Shown: positions 8,979-19,234 of the stretch, in pieces | Layout of the letters: each line of letters opens with the position of its first letter | Position numbering within the stretch: the first letter of the stretch is position 1 | NCBI GenBank assembly: GCA_039802605.1 | Contig: JBDRWW010000001.1 | Location: 224,001 to 288,000, forward strand | DNA from: a candidate division WOR-3 bacterium | GTDB lineage: Bacteria; Hydrothermota; Hydrothermia; LBFQ01 | Reading direction: 5' to 3' | DNA length: 64,000 nucleotides | The notes under the pieces: model-generated | Databases searched by the model: none | What the model was told of the DNA's origin: nothing | What the model saw: the letters and a program-made list of their open reading frames with translations, nothing else | Position numbers and translations under genes: made by a program

Positions 8979-10478
8979 GTGATGAAAATAGAATTAATTT
9001 TATTAGCAATTGCCCTAAATATGGGGATTTTGTACGCGAGCAGTTCCTCTTTTGCTTTCACCTTTGGGAAAAACCAAAACGAGTACTCGTACGGCGTTAT
9101 GGAAACCCCGGACGGGTATGTATTGGTGGGTGAGGCCCTGCTGGGCGGTGGTGGGAAAACGGATGCAACGGCCATAAAGTTAAATCCTATGGGTTCTCTT
9201 ATTTGGTATAAAACTTATGGGAAAAACGATAGGGATGTTATGAGGTTTCCGTTTATATCGGATGATGGAAACTATATACACTTCGGATATACGGATTTTT
9301 CGGGTATTATAACCATTAGGAGACCCACATCCATAAAAACCGACCCCAACGGGAACCTTATATGGACGAAGGCTTATAACATTTCCGGTGAATTCTTAGG
9401 GGTTATAAAACATCCCGGTGAGTTTGTGGCCGTTGGAAGGGATTATCTTGGAAACGGTATTTTAGCGTTTCTAACTTCGGATGCGAATATAAGGGATTTT
9501 AAAACATACTCTTCCGGAAGTTTGTACGGTGTCGCCCCTGACGGTTTTGGGGGATTTATACTTGTTGGGCAAAAGAATAACAACGGTTGGATAATGAGGG
9601 TGGATAATAGCGGTAATGTTTTATGGTCAAGGGAGTATGGGGGAAGTAATGTAGACATATTTAAAGAGGTTGTTGTATTACCACCTTATGCATATGTTGG
9701 GGGTTCTACACAATCCGCCGGTGCGGGCAATTGGGATGTGTGGATTTTAAAGGTTGATATAACGGATGGCGATGTTATATTCTCAAAGACATATGGGGGT
9801 ACAAACGAAGATGAAATTAGGAGTTTGATGCCAAAAGGTTCAAAGATAGGGGTTTTGGCATATACGAGGAGTTGGGGTTTCGGGGGTGCCGAATTCTGGT
9901 TCTTTGAAATAGATTTGAACGGAAATCTTTTAGCCTCATATACCTATGGAGGAAACGGCGACGATTTTCCTCAGATGGGTAAAACAACATCCGATGGCGG
10001 TTATGTTTTGGTTGGATATTCCCAAACGGCGGCATTTACATCCGGAAGGGCATACGACCACTTTATAGTTAAAATAAGTGCAGGCGGTTTTTCCTGTATA
10101 AACAGCGGAAGCCCTATCCCCGTTATAACCGATTTCATCCCCATTATAAGCTACCTTGCGGAATCCCCCACCACCTCAACGCCGGCTTTCAATTGGATAA
10201 GCTTCACATCCACCTCACCCGATTTGGATATAACGCAGGTCTGCTCCCCACTTGGAGGGGATGACGAGTTATCCGTATTTGAGAGGTACAAAGGTATTTA
10301 TTCCATAAATCTATACGGGAATACATTGAGGATAAGCGCTTATGGAAACGAAATCGGTGTATTTACGGTGGATGGTAGGGTTGTTATTAATGCCGTAAAC
10401 GGATTGGAAGCAAAATTGCCCAGAGGGATATACAAGGTTAAGGTGGGAAGGGATATACACACTATTGTTGTGCGATAA
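8979..10478 (+). CDS. Secreted beta-propeller repeat protein with T9SS-like C-terminal domain
   Basis: Signal peptide; repeated 'G..lW.K.YGG...D' units; C-terminus 'FTVDGRVV...LPRGIYKVKV...IVVR' (start may be ATG 8982). Confidence 0.8.
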   Translation: MMKIELILLAIALNMGILYASSSSFAFTFGKNQNEYSYGVMETPDGYVLVGEALLGGGGKTDATAIKLNPMGSLIWYKTYGKNDRDVMRFPFISDDGNYIHFGYTDFSGIITIRRPTSIKTDPNGNLIWTKAYNISGEFLGVIKHPGEFVAVGRDYLGNGILAFLTSDANIRDFKTYSSGSLYGVAPDGFGGFILVGQKNNNGWIMRVDNSGNVLWSREYGGSNVDIFKEVVVLPPYAYVGGSTQSAGAGNWDVWILKVDITDGDVIFSKTYGGTNEDEIRSLMPKGSKIGVLAYTRSWGFGGAEFWFFEIDLNGNLLASYTYGGNGDDFPQMGKTTSDGGYVLVGYSQTAAFTSGRAYDHFIVKISAGGFSCINSGSPIPVITDFIPIISYLAESPTTSTPAFNWISFTSTSPDLDITQVCSPLGGDDELSVFERYKGIYSINLYGNTLRISAYGNEIGVFTVDGRVVINAVNGLEAKLPRGIYKVKVGRDIHTIVVR

Positions 10479-12174
10479 CCTTATTGAATTCCGGGCATAA
10501 GCGTTTTAAAGTTTTTATATCACCGTCGCATACAATTTCCCCGTTTTCAAGGACCAAAATCCTATCCCCCCAATTAATAGTTGTAGGTTTATGCGCCACG
10601 ACTAAAAGGGTTGTATCGTTTAAGGTCTTTAAAAGGTTATAAACCGCCGATTCGTTTTTTAAATCCAGTGCGCTTGTGGGTTCATCCATTATTAAAAAGG
10701 ATGGATTTCTCAACAAAACCCTCCCTATTGCTATCCTCTGCTTTTCCCCTCCCGAAAGTTTTCCTTTTAGGTTTAAGACTTCTTCACCAAGCCTATCCTT
10801 CAAATGCTCCAAATTAAGGGATGATAATATTTCCAGGGGGTTTTTTCCAAAATTCTCCAAAAGTGTATCCTCAAAAATATACGGTTCCTGTGGGACAAAA
10901 CCTATTAACTCCCTCCATTTCTTTACATCGTAATCGTATAAACTTTTGCCATCTAAAAGGATTTCTCCCTTATAAGGTTTTACAAATCCGGCCAGGAGTT
11001 CAACAAATGTGGTTTTTCCCGAACCGGACTTTCCCACAACCACGATCTTTTCACCCCTTTTAATCCGCAAATGCGGAATCCTTAAAACGGATTTTTGTCC
11101 GTATTTAACCTCAACATTCCTTAATTCCAAAACCTCCCAATTTCTTGGGTCAAGGTTTCCCCAAACCTCCTTTGGTAGATCGTAAATCTCCTTTAACCTT
11201 TTGAGGCTAACCCTTGCGGTTTGCAGGTATGCCAAACTCTGGAAGATAAGTTTCAATGGCCTTATCGTTGAGAGGGAGGCGGCCAGGAATACTATAAAAG
11301 CGTCCGGTGAAACCGTACCGGTTTTGTATATGAAATATCCGGATAGTAGGAGTATTAAAGAGGCGCTAATACCCACAAGGCTTTCCGAGAGTATTGGGGC
11401 CAATGCGGCGGAAAATTCCAGTTTCAAGTATTTTTTGAAAAGGTTTTGTGAATACCTGTTAAACTTTAACTTGAATTTTTCGGCCAAATTTAAGGATTTT
11501 ATAACCTTTATCCCATCAAAGGTGTGCGCCAAAAAGGATGTCGTATCCCCTAAAGCGTTCATGGCTTTTTGCGCCCTCCTCTTTATGGTGCTTGATATAA
11601 TCCAACCCAACAATGCGGATAAGAAGAGGATACCCCAAGCGAAAAAACTCAATATGGGGGCCGATGTTATGGCCAATATTACAAAAATTAGCAGGTTCAA
11701 ACCATCCCCCACGATAGAACCCAAACCATCCCTAACGGCGAGTTTTACATTGTTTATTTCTACAGTTAAACGACCTATAATATCGCCAGACCGCAGGTTT
11801 TTAACGCTTTCAAAATCCGCATCGATTAAAGAGGAAAAAACCCCATTCCTTAAATCCCTACCTATGACCTCTTGTAGGAATAGTATGCCGAACTTTTTAG
11901 CGGAATTAACAATTAGTTTTGCCAAAAATATAAAAGCCACAAATAGGGAAAGGTTTCTTATGTTTTGAAAGGGATCCCCGCTTATTAAGAAGTTCTCTAT
12001 AAATCCCTTTAAAGGCTTCAAGGCGGGTATCAGGTTTATTTCCCCCTCTGACGATAGTAGAACCCTGAGAATTATCGGCAGTACGGATATTGATATACCC
12101 TCAAGTCCCGATGAAATTAAGCTAAAAAGGGAATATACGGCAAAAAGTGATATGTAAATGGGTTTAACCCTCAT
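10462..12174 (-). CDS. ABC exporter, permease + ATPase (MsbA-like)
   Basis: N-terminal TMs, Walker A GKSGSGKT, LSGGEKQR, DEPTSALD. Confidence 0.9.
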   Translation of the reverse strand: MRVKPIYISLFAVYSLFSLISSGLEGISISVLPIILRVLLSSEGEINLIPALKPLKGFIENFLISGDPFQNIRNLSLFVAFIFLAKLIVNSAKKFGILFLQEVIGRDLRNGVFSSLIDADFESVKNLRSGDIIGRLTVEINNVKLAVRDGLGSIVGDGLNLLIFVILAITSAPILSFFAWGILFLSALLGWIISSTIKRRAQKAMNALGDTTSFLAHTFDGIKVIKSLNLAEKFKLKFNRYSQNLFKKYLKLEFSAALAPILSESLVGISASLILLLSGYFIYKTGTVSPDAFIVFLAASLSTIRPLKLIFQSLAYLQTARVSLKRLKEIYDLPKEVWGNLDPRNWEVLELRNVEVKYGQKSVLRIPHLRIKRGEKIVVVGKSGSGKTTFVELLAGFVKPYKGEILLDGKSLYDYDVKKWRELIGFVPQEPYIFEDTLLENFGKNPLEILSSLNLEHLKDRLGEEVLNLKGKLSGGEKQRIAIGRVLLRNPSFLIMDEPTSALDLKNESAVYNLLKTLNDTTLLVVAHKPTTINWGDRILVLENGEIVCDGDIKTLKRLCPEFNKVIAQQ

Positions 12175-12515
12175 TCCGAATAAGATGCCCCGAATTCATC
12201 CGTTTCCCAAACTATAACCTCTTCAACATTGGGAAACTTTTCCTTTACCCTTTTGAACACCCACTCCGCCAACCTCTCCGAGGTTGAATTTCCCGGTATT
12301 AAATCGTTTATGTTAATCCGATGGGGTAAAATTTTCATTAAAAAATCCTTTACCTCCAAAAAATCAACCACGTATTCCTCTCCGTTTAAATCGCCACCTA
12401 TAACGACCTCAACCCTGTAATTGTGCCCGTGAAGGGGTTCGGCCTTTCCCTTATAACTTTTAAGATAATGCGCCCCACAAAAGGTATGCCTTACCCTAAC
12501 CTTAAACTTTCCCAT
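12171..12515 (-). CDS. queD: 6-carboxy-5,6,7,8-tetrahydropterin synthase (PTPS family)
   Basis: 'FCGAH', 'LHGHNY', 'STSERLA', 'WET'. Confidence 0.85.
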   Translation of the reverse strand: MGKFKVRVRHTFCGAHYLKSYKGKAEPLHGHNYRVEVVIGGDLNGEEYVVDFLEVKDFLMKILPHRININDLIPGNSTSERLAEWVFKRVKEKFPNVEEVIVWETDEFGASYSE

Positions 12516-12527
12516 TTATAAAAAAAG

Positions 12528-12601
12528 CGCCCCAGGAGGGAATCGAACCCCCGACCTGCGGCTTAGGAAGCCGCCGCTCTATCCTACTGAGCTACTGGGG
12601 C
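12528..12601 (-). tRNA. tRNA-Arg(CCT)
   Basis: Acceptor GCCCCAG/CTGGGGC, anticodon arm GCGGC-TTCCTAA-GCCGC, T loop TTCGATT; no encoded CCA. Confidence 0.97.
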
Positions 12602-12671
12602 GAGACGGATATTATAAGGGTGTTTTTATTTCTACAACAAAAAAGCCAAACCCCCTTACAATACACCGCTT

Positions 12672-15600
12672 ATGAACGCCGAAAGGGTAAAATGGATAAT
12701 CTTTATTTTGGTGTTCCTTTTCGTATCCTTTGTATATTTTAAGACAACCGCTCCGACCACTGCATTTTGGGATGTGGGTGAATTCCTAGCAGCGGCGCAT
12801 ATCCTCGGAGTCCCACACCCGCCCGGCACGCCGTTTTATGTGATCTTGGCAAAGTTTTTTGACCTATTACCGATTCCTGCGGCGGAACTATACTCTTTGA
12901 TAAACGGGGGAATAAAGGCAAACCCAGCCGTTTTAAAAATGACACTTATACCCATACTCATGGGCGGTTTAAACGCCGCTTTGGTATACCTCTTGGCCTA
13001 TGAGGTTTTAAAGATTGTGGATAAAGAAAGTGCCTTTCCCGATTGGGTTTTACATGTTTTTGCAGCCGCGGGGGCATTAACCATGGCCTTTGCTAGGATA
13101 GTATGGTTTGATTCCATAGAGGTGGAAACATATGCCCCCGGCGCATTTTTTGGAATATTGGCCCTGTATTTTGGCCTTTTATGGTATAAAAACAAGGACG
13201 ACAACAACTCTTTGAAATGGTTAATACTAGGGGTTTATTCAATAATGTTGGGTACGGGCATTCACCTAACGGTTCTTTTTGCCCTACCCCCTTTATTCTT
13301 TTTGGTTTGGGTTGCAAAACCAAAGCTCTTGTGGGATAGAATAGCCATAGGTCTTTTTGGAGCCATGTTTTCCTTATTCTTTCTGATGTTTTTAACTTAT
13401 GAACAAAACGGCCCGGTTTTGTTGTTTGGGATTTCATATCTGTTGATGTTTTGGTATATGGTGTTGGATAAAAAACTCTCAAAACTAACCGATCCTCTGA
13501 CTTTATTGTTTTTACTCGGAGCATTTCTTGCCGGTTTTGGAATCGTTCAGAAAAACTCCCAGTTTTTAACATTGGGTACATTTTTATCCGTTGCTTCAAT
13601 GTTTGTAGCGGGAAGGATGTGGGAGGATTGGAAGGGTTGGGTGTTTATGGTGATTTTGGTGGGGTTTTCAATAGAGTTTTGGATAATCGCGAGGGCTTAT
13701 TACCTCCACATGCATCCCCTTGATGCCAGGATAAACGAGGGGGATCCATATACTTGGCAAGCCTTTATGGATGTCCTTTTGAGAAAACAATACGAACCGG
13801 CAAATATATTACCCAGAAGGATAGAACTAATTGACCAGATAAAGGTTTTCTTAATGTGGTTTGGATGGCAGTTTAACGCATCAACATACAATGTTTTAGA
13901 CCCGCAGAAAATCGCAAATATGACCCTATTTGACCATATAGGGCCTTTTGGAATATTCGCCATAGCATTGGGGATTTTGGGCATGTGGGAACACTTTGTT
14001 AAAGACAACAAAGATAGGGGTACGTTTGTCCTCGTGGGTATTGCAACACTGCTGGCTGGTATAGGTTTCTTCATAGCATTTAACTTTAAAGATTCTCCAA
14101 CGCATCCCGTAAACCCCTTTAACGCCCAATTTGGAAATGTTGAGGTTAGAAACAGGGATTATTTCTACCATCCGTTTTACCAACTTTGGGGTTTGTATTT
14201 AGCAATCGGTATGTTTTACCTCGGGAAGATTTTAACGGATTACTTAAAAAACTACCTTTATGCGGCCTTGTCCCTTACGGTTTTGGGTGTATTTATGGTA
14301 TATCTTCAAATAACCCAACACGCAAAACTCAACATCAGAACCGCAAACTATATACCCGAAGATTTCGCGCATAACATTCTGGTTTCCGCAAAGTCGGATA
14401 AAGGGGTATTTATGACAAACGGGGATAACGATACATTTCCCGTATGGTTTGTACAAGAAGTATTAAAGAGGAAATGGGGCCTTATAAACGCAAACCTATC
14501 CCTGCTCAATACGAATTGGTACATAAGGGAATTGAAACACTGGGGTGCCCCCATAAGTTTTTCGGATGAGGACATATATAGGCTTCCCCCTATAATTGAA
14601 GGCGGCGGTGAAAGGGGCTTCCTATACCTAAGGGATTTGGCCATAAGGGATATGATAGCAACGGCCGTTGGATATAAAACGGATAATTATCGCGAGATAT
14701 TGGGTATGGATGGAAAACCCATAAGGGTACCCGCCATATACTTGGCGGATAACTTAACCTTTGCCAAGGAGGTTTTTGAGGGTAAGGAATTCTCAATGCC
14801 TATATACTTCTCCTTGACCTCAGACCCGGAAGTCTTTGCCGGTTGGGAACAATATATGGTACTTGAAGGAATGCTTTTAAGACTAACGGGGCAAAGGCAG
14901 CAAAAAACCATAGGTTTGGGCGCAGTAGATGCAGAATGGACGGATAAACTCATAACTGGGGGTTCGGATAACCCCGTTGAATATGTAAAGAAGGCATCTT
15001 TGAACTACTACGAGGAACCGAGGTTGGACAGGTGGTATTATAGAAGCCTATTTGACGATAGGGTTCCGAAGAACGAGGATCATCTAAGGCTTTTGAGGAA
15101 TTACGCATCCGCAACTTTAACGCTCGCCGCGCACTATACTTCCGAAGGGAATTACGACCGGGCGGAAAAGTTGTTTGACCTTGGAGAAATGTTTGTGAAA
15201 AAATCGGTTGAAGATCTTCAAAGGGATATTGAAAGCGATCCGCAAATTTTTGCAATAAGGTTGTCAAGGGCTTATATAAGTATGAGGTTGGGGAAATTCA
15301 AAGAGGCGGAAAGGGTTTTGAGGAAGTATTCTAAAAACCTTCCCGATGGCGAATATAAATGGAGATTGGCTTTAATAAAGCTGTACGAGGGGAAAACCGA
15401 TAGCGCCGCCGAACTCGCAAAGGTACTTATAACCTATGTACCCGAAGAAGACCCCGTTTGGGGAATATCCCTTGATACGCTTTACACCCTTCTGCCCGCG
15501 GACAGCTTGATAAACATATCTTATAAGGCATTTGAGGGGGGAAAACTCGACCTATCCCTAAAACTCCTTGAAAAATCCAATACCACGCAAGCGGTTAAAA

Positions 15601-15821
15601 ACTGGGCGGGTATGTTAATAAACGCCGTTAAATACCAAGATGAAAATATTTTCAAGTCTTTGGCCTCCTACGCGCCCTTTGATACAACGAAGGCCGGGGC
15701 TTGGAAATCCGAATTGGATAGGTTATACGGTTCTTTGAGTAAGTATTTCTCACGGCTTGGGGATACGACAACGGCAAATAGGTTTGAAGAATACAGAAAA
15801 ATTTACGCCGAACAGAAATGA
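12672..15821 (+). CDS. DUF2723/TMEM260-like membrane glycosyltransferase with C-terminal TPR-like helices
   Basis: 'FWDVGEF..A..LGVPHPPGTP', 'EVETY', 'TNGDNDTFPVW', 'NLSLLNTNWY'. Confidence 0.88.
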   Translation: MNAERVKWIIFILVFLFVSFVYFKTTAPTTAFWDVGEFLAAAHILGVPHPPGTPFYVILAKFFDLLPIPAAELYSLINGGIKANPAVLKMTLIPILMGGLNAALVYLLAYEVLKIVDKESAFPDWVLHVFAAAGALTMAFARIVWFDSIEVETYAPGAFFGILALYFGLLWYKNKDDNNSLKWLILGVYSIMLGTGIHLTVLFALPPLFFLVWVAKPKLLWDRIAIGLFGAMFSLFFLMFLTYEQNGPVLLFGISYLLMFWYMVLDKKLSKLTDPLTLLFLLGAFLAGFGIVQKNSQFLTLGTFLSVASMFVAGRMWEDWKGWVFMVILVGFSIEFWIIARAYYLHMHPLDARINEGDPYTWQAFMDVLLRKQYEPANILPRRIELIDQIKVFLMWFGWQFNASTYNVLDPQKIANMTLFDHIGPFGIFAIALGILGMWEHFVKDNKDRGTFVLVGIATLLAGIGFFIAFNFKDSPTHPVNPFNAQFGNVEVRNRDYFYHPFYQLWGLYLAIGMFYLGKILTDYLKNYLYAALSLTVLGVFMVYLQITQHAKLNIRTANYIPEDFAHNILVSAKSDKGVFMTNGDNDTFPVWFVQEVLKRKWGLINANLSLLNTNWYIRELKHWGAPISFSDEDIYRLPPIIEGGGERGFLYLRDLAIRDMIATAVGYKTDNYREILGMDGKPIRVPAIYLADNLTFAKEVFEGKEFSMPIYFSLTSDPEVFAGWEQYMVLEGMLLRLTGQRQQKTIGLGAVDAEWTDKLITGGSDNPVEYVKKASLNYYEEPRLDRWYYRSLFDDRVPKNEDHLRLLRNYASATLTLAAHYTSEGNYDRAEKLFDLGEMFVKKSVEDLQRDIESDPQIFAIRLSRAYISMRLGKFKEAERVLRKYSKNLPDGEYKWRLALIKLYEGKTDSAAELAKVLITYVPEEDPVWGISLDTLYTLLPADSLINISYKAFEGGKLDLSLKLLEKSNTTQAVKNWAGMLINAVKYQDENIFKSLASYAPFDTTKAGAWKSELDRLYGSLSKYFSRLGDTTTANRFEEYRKIYAEQK

Positions 15822-17053
15822 TACCCCTTGACCCCAGAAACATATTTTGTTTTGGGTTTTGTTTTTGGGTACCGGATTCTTCGCAGTTTTCACTAAACCT
15901 TTACAGTAGGAATAATCCTTATGCCGGTTTTGTTGAATTCACCCCGCAAATATCTTTAAAAATTGGGAATTTCGGGGTTTTGGTTGGGATGAGCGCCTTC
16001 AACGGTAGGTCAAAGCTCATAAATAAGGAGGATTGGAACCCTTATAGGGAGTATTCCCTTGAAATAGTTGATTGGAAGGGGGAACCCGTTATAACAAAAT
16101 ATCCATTATTTGAGGCCTTGCAATACAGGGCTTTTGGGTGGCTTGACTACGGTTTCATAAAAGTTAAAATGGGGAGGGATTATTTAAAGGTTAGCCACTC
16201 CTTAAGGTATCCCCTTTTGTTTTCCGGATGGGGCTATCCCTTGGACTGGTTTTATTTGGTGGAAGGGGGATATAGGGGTTTAAGGGGATATGCGGGTTTT
16301 GCGAGGGTTCCATCAAATTTTTATGAAAACAAGAGGTTGGCCTTTCAAAGGCTTGAATGGGAATTCTGGAAGGTGAAACTAGGTATAACGGAAATGGTGG
16401 TTTATACGAGGGATGATACCTGGAAATACGCAAACCCATTCGTGCTGTATTATGTGGTTCAGAGGAGGGAATCGGATAACGATGACAACCTATTTTTACA
16501 CCTTGATGCGACCATTGATTTGGGCCTTATGGAATTTTATGGGGAATTTATGGGGGATGACCCCTCGGTCTTTCATGGGGAAGGGCAGGCACCCCTTATG
16601 GGTTTTACGGGTGGGTTTAGAATTGATGGGAATTACGGGTTTTTCAACATGGAAGGTTCGGCGGTTTTACCTTTCACATACGCCCATTTCACATATAAAA
16701 ACACATTTGACGCTTTGGGATTACCCTTGGCGACATATCTAGGGCAGGATTACACATCCCTCTACTCAATCTATTCTTTTAAGGGGTTTTTTGCGGACTT
16801 TGAATACATATTGCACGGCAATACACCCTTTGGATTACCCTTCGAGGAATCCGGCTTACCACCTACGGGTGAATTCCCAAGAAAACCCAGAAGTGAGTGG
16901 TTTAGGTTTGGATTGGGTATTCGCGATGTGAATTTTGATTTATCAATAGCATATTTCGGATTATCGGGAAGGCTGGGATTTGATGTAATAAACGGAAAGT
17001 TTTACCCGGCGTGGTCTTTTGTTTGGTTTTCTTCTCTTAAATGGGGAATATGA
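15818..17053 (+). CDS. Capsule assembly Wzi-like outer membrane protein (putative)
   Basis: 'GITEMVVY...KYANPF...DN...YGEFMGDD' pattern, aromatic beta-strands. Confidence 0.6.
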   Translation: MIPLDPRNIFCFGFCFWVPDSSQFSLNLYSRNNPYAGFVEFTPQISLKIGNFGVLVGMSAFNGRSKLINKEDWNPYREYSLEIVDWKGEPVITKYPLFEALQYRAFGWLDYGFIKVKMGRDYLKVSHSLRYPLLFSGWGYPLDWFYLVEGGYRGLRGYAGFARVPSNFYENKRLAFQRLEWEFWKVKLGITEMVVYTRDDTWKYANPFVLYYVVQRRESDNDDNLFLHLDATIDLGLMEFYGEFMGDDPSVFHGEGQAPLMGFTGGFRIDGNYGFFNMEGSAVLPFTYAHFTYKNTFDALGLPLATYLGQDYTSLYSIYSFKGFFADFEYILHGNTPFGLPFEESGLPPTGEFPRKPRSEWFRFGLGIRDVNFDLSIAYFGLSGRLGFDVINGKFYPAWSFVWFSSLKWGI

Positions 17054-18078
17054 GGTTTGACGATTCAAGGGTTAGAAAGGCTTTTTACCCTTTTAGTAAG
17101 TTGAAGGGGGTGGAGGATTTAAGGGTTGGGATTTTTACATTTGGTGAAAGGATAAAGGGGGTTTTGGGGGATGTTGATTATGTTCTCTCCCCCAACTTTG
17201 TGCCCTTTGAAGGATTAAAGGGTAATCCGCCGGTTATATTGGTGAAAGGCGAAGTGGTGGGGTATAGGATGGGACGGGTAAGGGGTTGGGAAGATGCATA
17301 TAATCTGGCCCATAAAGGCCTTGGCGGGGAATTAAATGGAATATATTTCGGACACTTTTGGGAGATCCCTTTAAAAATTGAAAGCGTTTTGGAGTTTGAT
17401 CTAAAACTTCTCAAACTTGAAGATTTCTATAAATTGGGCGAACTGTACATTCATAAAAGTTCAAGGGTTTCCTTAAAAGGAGACTTTAACGCTTGGGGGG
17501 TTGTGGATATGGGTGCGGTTATAAAGCCCTTTGTGGTTTTGGAGGGTGGGGTTTATATAGGGGAAAACAGCCTTGTAAAGCCTTTTACATATGTTTCATC
17601 TTCCGTTATAGGCCCGGTTTGTAAGGTTGCGGGCGAAATATCGCACACCGTTTTTGAGGGCTTTTCAAACAAGCAGCACGGAGGTTTTATAGGACATTCC
17701 TATGTTGGGAGTTGGGTTAATATAGGTGCGGGAACAGAGGTTAGCAATTTAAAAAACACATACGGTACGGTAAAGGTTTATTCTTATGAAAAGGAAGGAT
17801 TGGTTGATACGGGAGAGATGTTTTTGGGTTTGTTTGCGGGGGACCACTCAAAAATAGGGATAAACACCACAATTTCAACCGGGACGGTTTTGGGTATATT
17901 TGCAAACATAACGGCAAACGATTCCCCAACGGAGAAATTTATACCGGACTTCTATTGGACGGGTGGGGGGAAGATGGAATTAAATAAAGCCGTTGAGATC
18001 GCAAAAAGGGTTATGAACAGGAGGGGAATAAGCCCAAGCGAAGACTACATAAATAGAATAAAGGAGTGTTATGAATAA
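17050..18078 (+). CDS. GlmU-related sugar nucleotidyl/acyltransferase (hexapeptide repeats)
   Basis: 'LRVGIFT', 'SNKQHGGFIGHSYVGSWVNIGAGT..SNLKNTY', 'GDHSK'; ATGA overlap supports start 17050. Confidence 0.85.
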   Translation: MRFDDSRVRKAFYPFSKLKGVEDLRVGIFTFGERIKGVLGDVDYVLSPNFVPFEGLKGNPPVILVKGEVVGYRMGRVRGWEDAYNLAHKGLGGELNGIYFGHFWEIPLKIESVLEFDLKLLKLEDFYKLGELYIHKSSRVSLKGDFNAWGVVDMGAVIKPFVVLEGGVYIGENSLVKPFTYVSSSVIGPVCKVAGEISHTVFEGFSNKQHGGFIGHSYVGSWVNIGAGTEVSNLKNTYGTVKVYSYEKEGLVDTGEMFLGLFAGDHSKIGINTTISTGTVLGIFANITANDSPTEKFIPDFYWTGGGKMELNKAVEIAKRVMNRRGISPSEDYINRIKECYE

Positions 18079-19234
18079 ACCCGTATGCGTTATGAAGTTT
18101 GGGGGGTCATCCGTTGCAAATGTGGAAAGGATTTTAAATGTTGCGAGGATAATTAGGGATAAGACCGAACAATATATGCCCATAGTTGTGGTATCAGCAA
18201 TGGGGAAAACTACGGATAATTTAATAGAAATGGCCTATACGGTTAATGAAAACCCCCCTCCGAGGGAATTGGATATGCTTCTAACCGCCGGGGAAAGGAT
18301 ATCTATGGCCTTACTTTCTATGGCACTACACAAATTTGGTTTAAAAGCAAGGTCTTTTACGGGTTCTCAGGTGGGTATAATAACGGAAAACAGGTTTAAC
18401 AGGGCAAGGGTTCTGGAAGTTAAACTTTTAAGGGTTAAGGAGAGTTTGGAAGAGGGCGTAATACCAGTTATAGCGGGTTTTCAGGGTGTTAGTACGAACA
18501 AGGAGATAACGACTTTGGGAAGGGGTGGGTCGGATTTAACGGCCGTGGCCTTGGCCATATCCCTCGGAAACGTTAAGTGTGAGATATATACGGATGTTGA
18601 TGGGGTTTATTCCCTTGATCCTAGGAAATATCCAAATGCAAAGAGGTACGATAAAATTTCATTTGAAATCCTTGCCGAAATGTCATCCGCTGGGGCAAAG
18701 GTTATGCACAGCAGGGCCGTAAGTTTGGCCGCAAAGTACAATCTACCCTTCTTTATAATGTCAAGTTTTAACCCTAAGAAAGGGGGAACTATGGTTGATA
18801 AGTTTTTAGAGGGACCCAATGTAAAGGGGATAACCACAAAGGATGTGGTGATTTTTGATGTTGAGGGTTTTGAAGATGGCTATATACTACAAAGGGTTTT
18901 AAAGGATGTGGATATTTTAAACTTATCGCAAGATTCATCGGGTAGGCATTTGGTGTTTCTGTTGGATATAGGCGAAAGGGATAAAATGTTAAGGATATTA
19001 TCGGAAGAAAGGGTGAAATTTGTTATGAGGGAAAACTTACAAATGATAAGCATTATAGGATGGGGAATAGGAAGTTCGTATGAAATTTTGGAAGGTATAT
19101 TTGATAGTATAAAAGGAGAACATGTTTTTTCCCTGAATATTACCGAAATGCGGGTTTCGGTAGTTGTGGAAAAGGATAAAGGGGAAAAGGTGGTGGAAAA
19201 CTTGGCGGAAAGGTTTAACCTATTGGAGAAATGA
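18071..19234 (+). CDS. lysC: Aspartate kinase
   Basis: 'KFGGSSV', 'VVSAMGKTTD', 'TTLGRGGSD', 'IYTDVDG'. Confidence 0.95.
   Translation: MNKPVCVMKFGGSSVANVERILNVARIIRDKTEQYMPIVVVSAMGKTTDNLIEMAYTVNENPPPRELDMLLTAGERISMALLSMALHKFGLKARSFTGSQVGIITENRFNRARVLEVKLLRVKESLEEGVIPVIAGFQGVSTNKEITTLGRGGSDLTAVALAISLGNVKCEIYTDVDGVYSLDPRKYPNAKRYDKISFEILAEMSSAGAKVMHSRAVSLAAKYNLPFFIMSSFNPKKGGTMVDKFLEGPNVKGITTKDVVIFDVEGFEDGYILQRVLKDVDILNLSQDSSGRHLVFLLDIGERDKMLRILSEERVKFVMRENLQMISIIGWGIGSSYEILEGIFDSIKGEHVFSLNITEMRVSVVVEKDKGEKVVENLAERFNLLEK

Noticed and set aside
11201..11968. 255-aa + strand ORF
   Set aside because: Antisense shadow of the ABC transporter with no motifs; the same applies to the other short antisense ORFs
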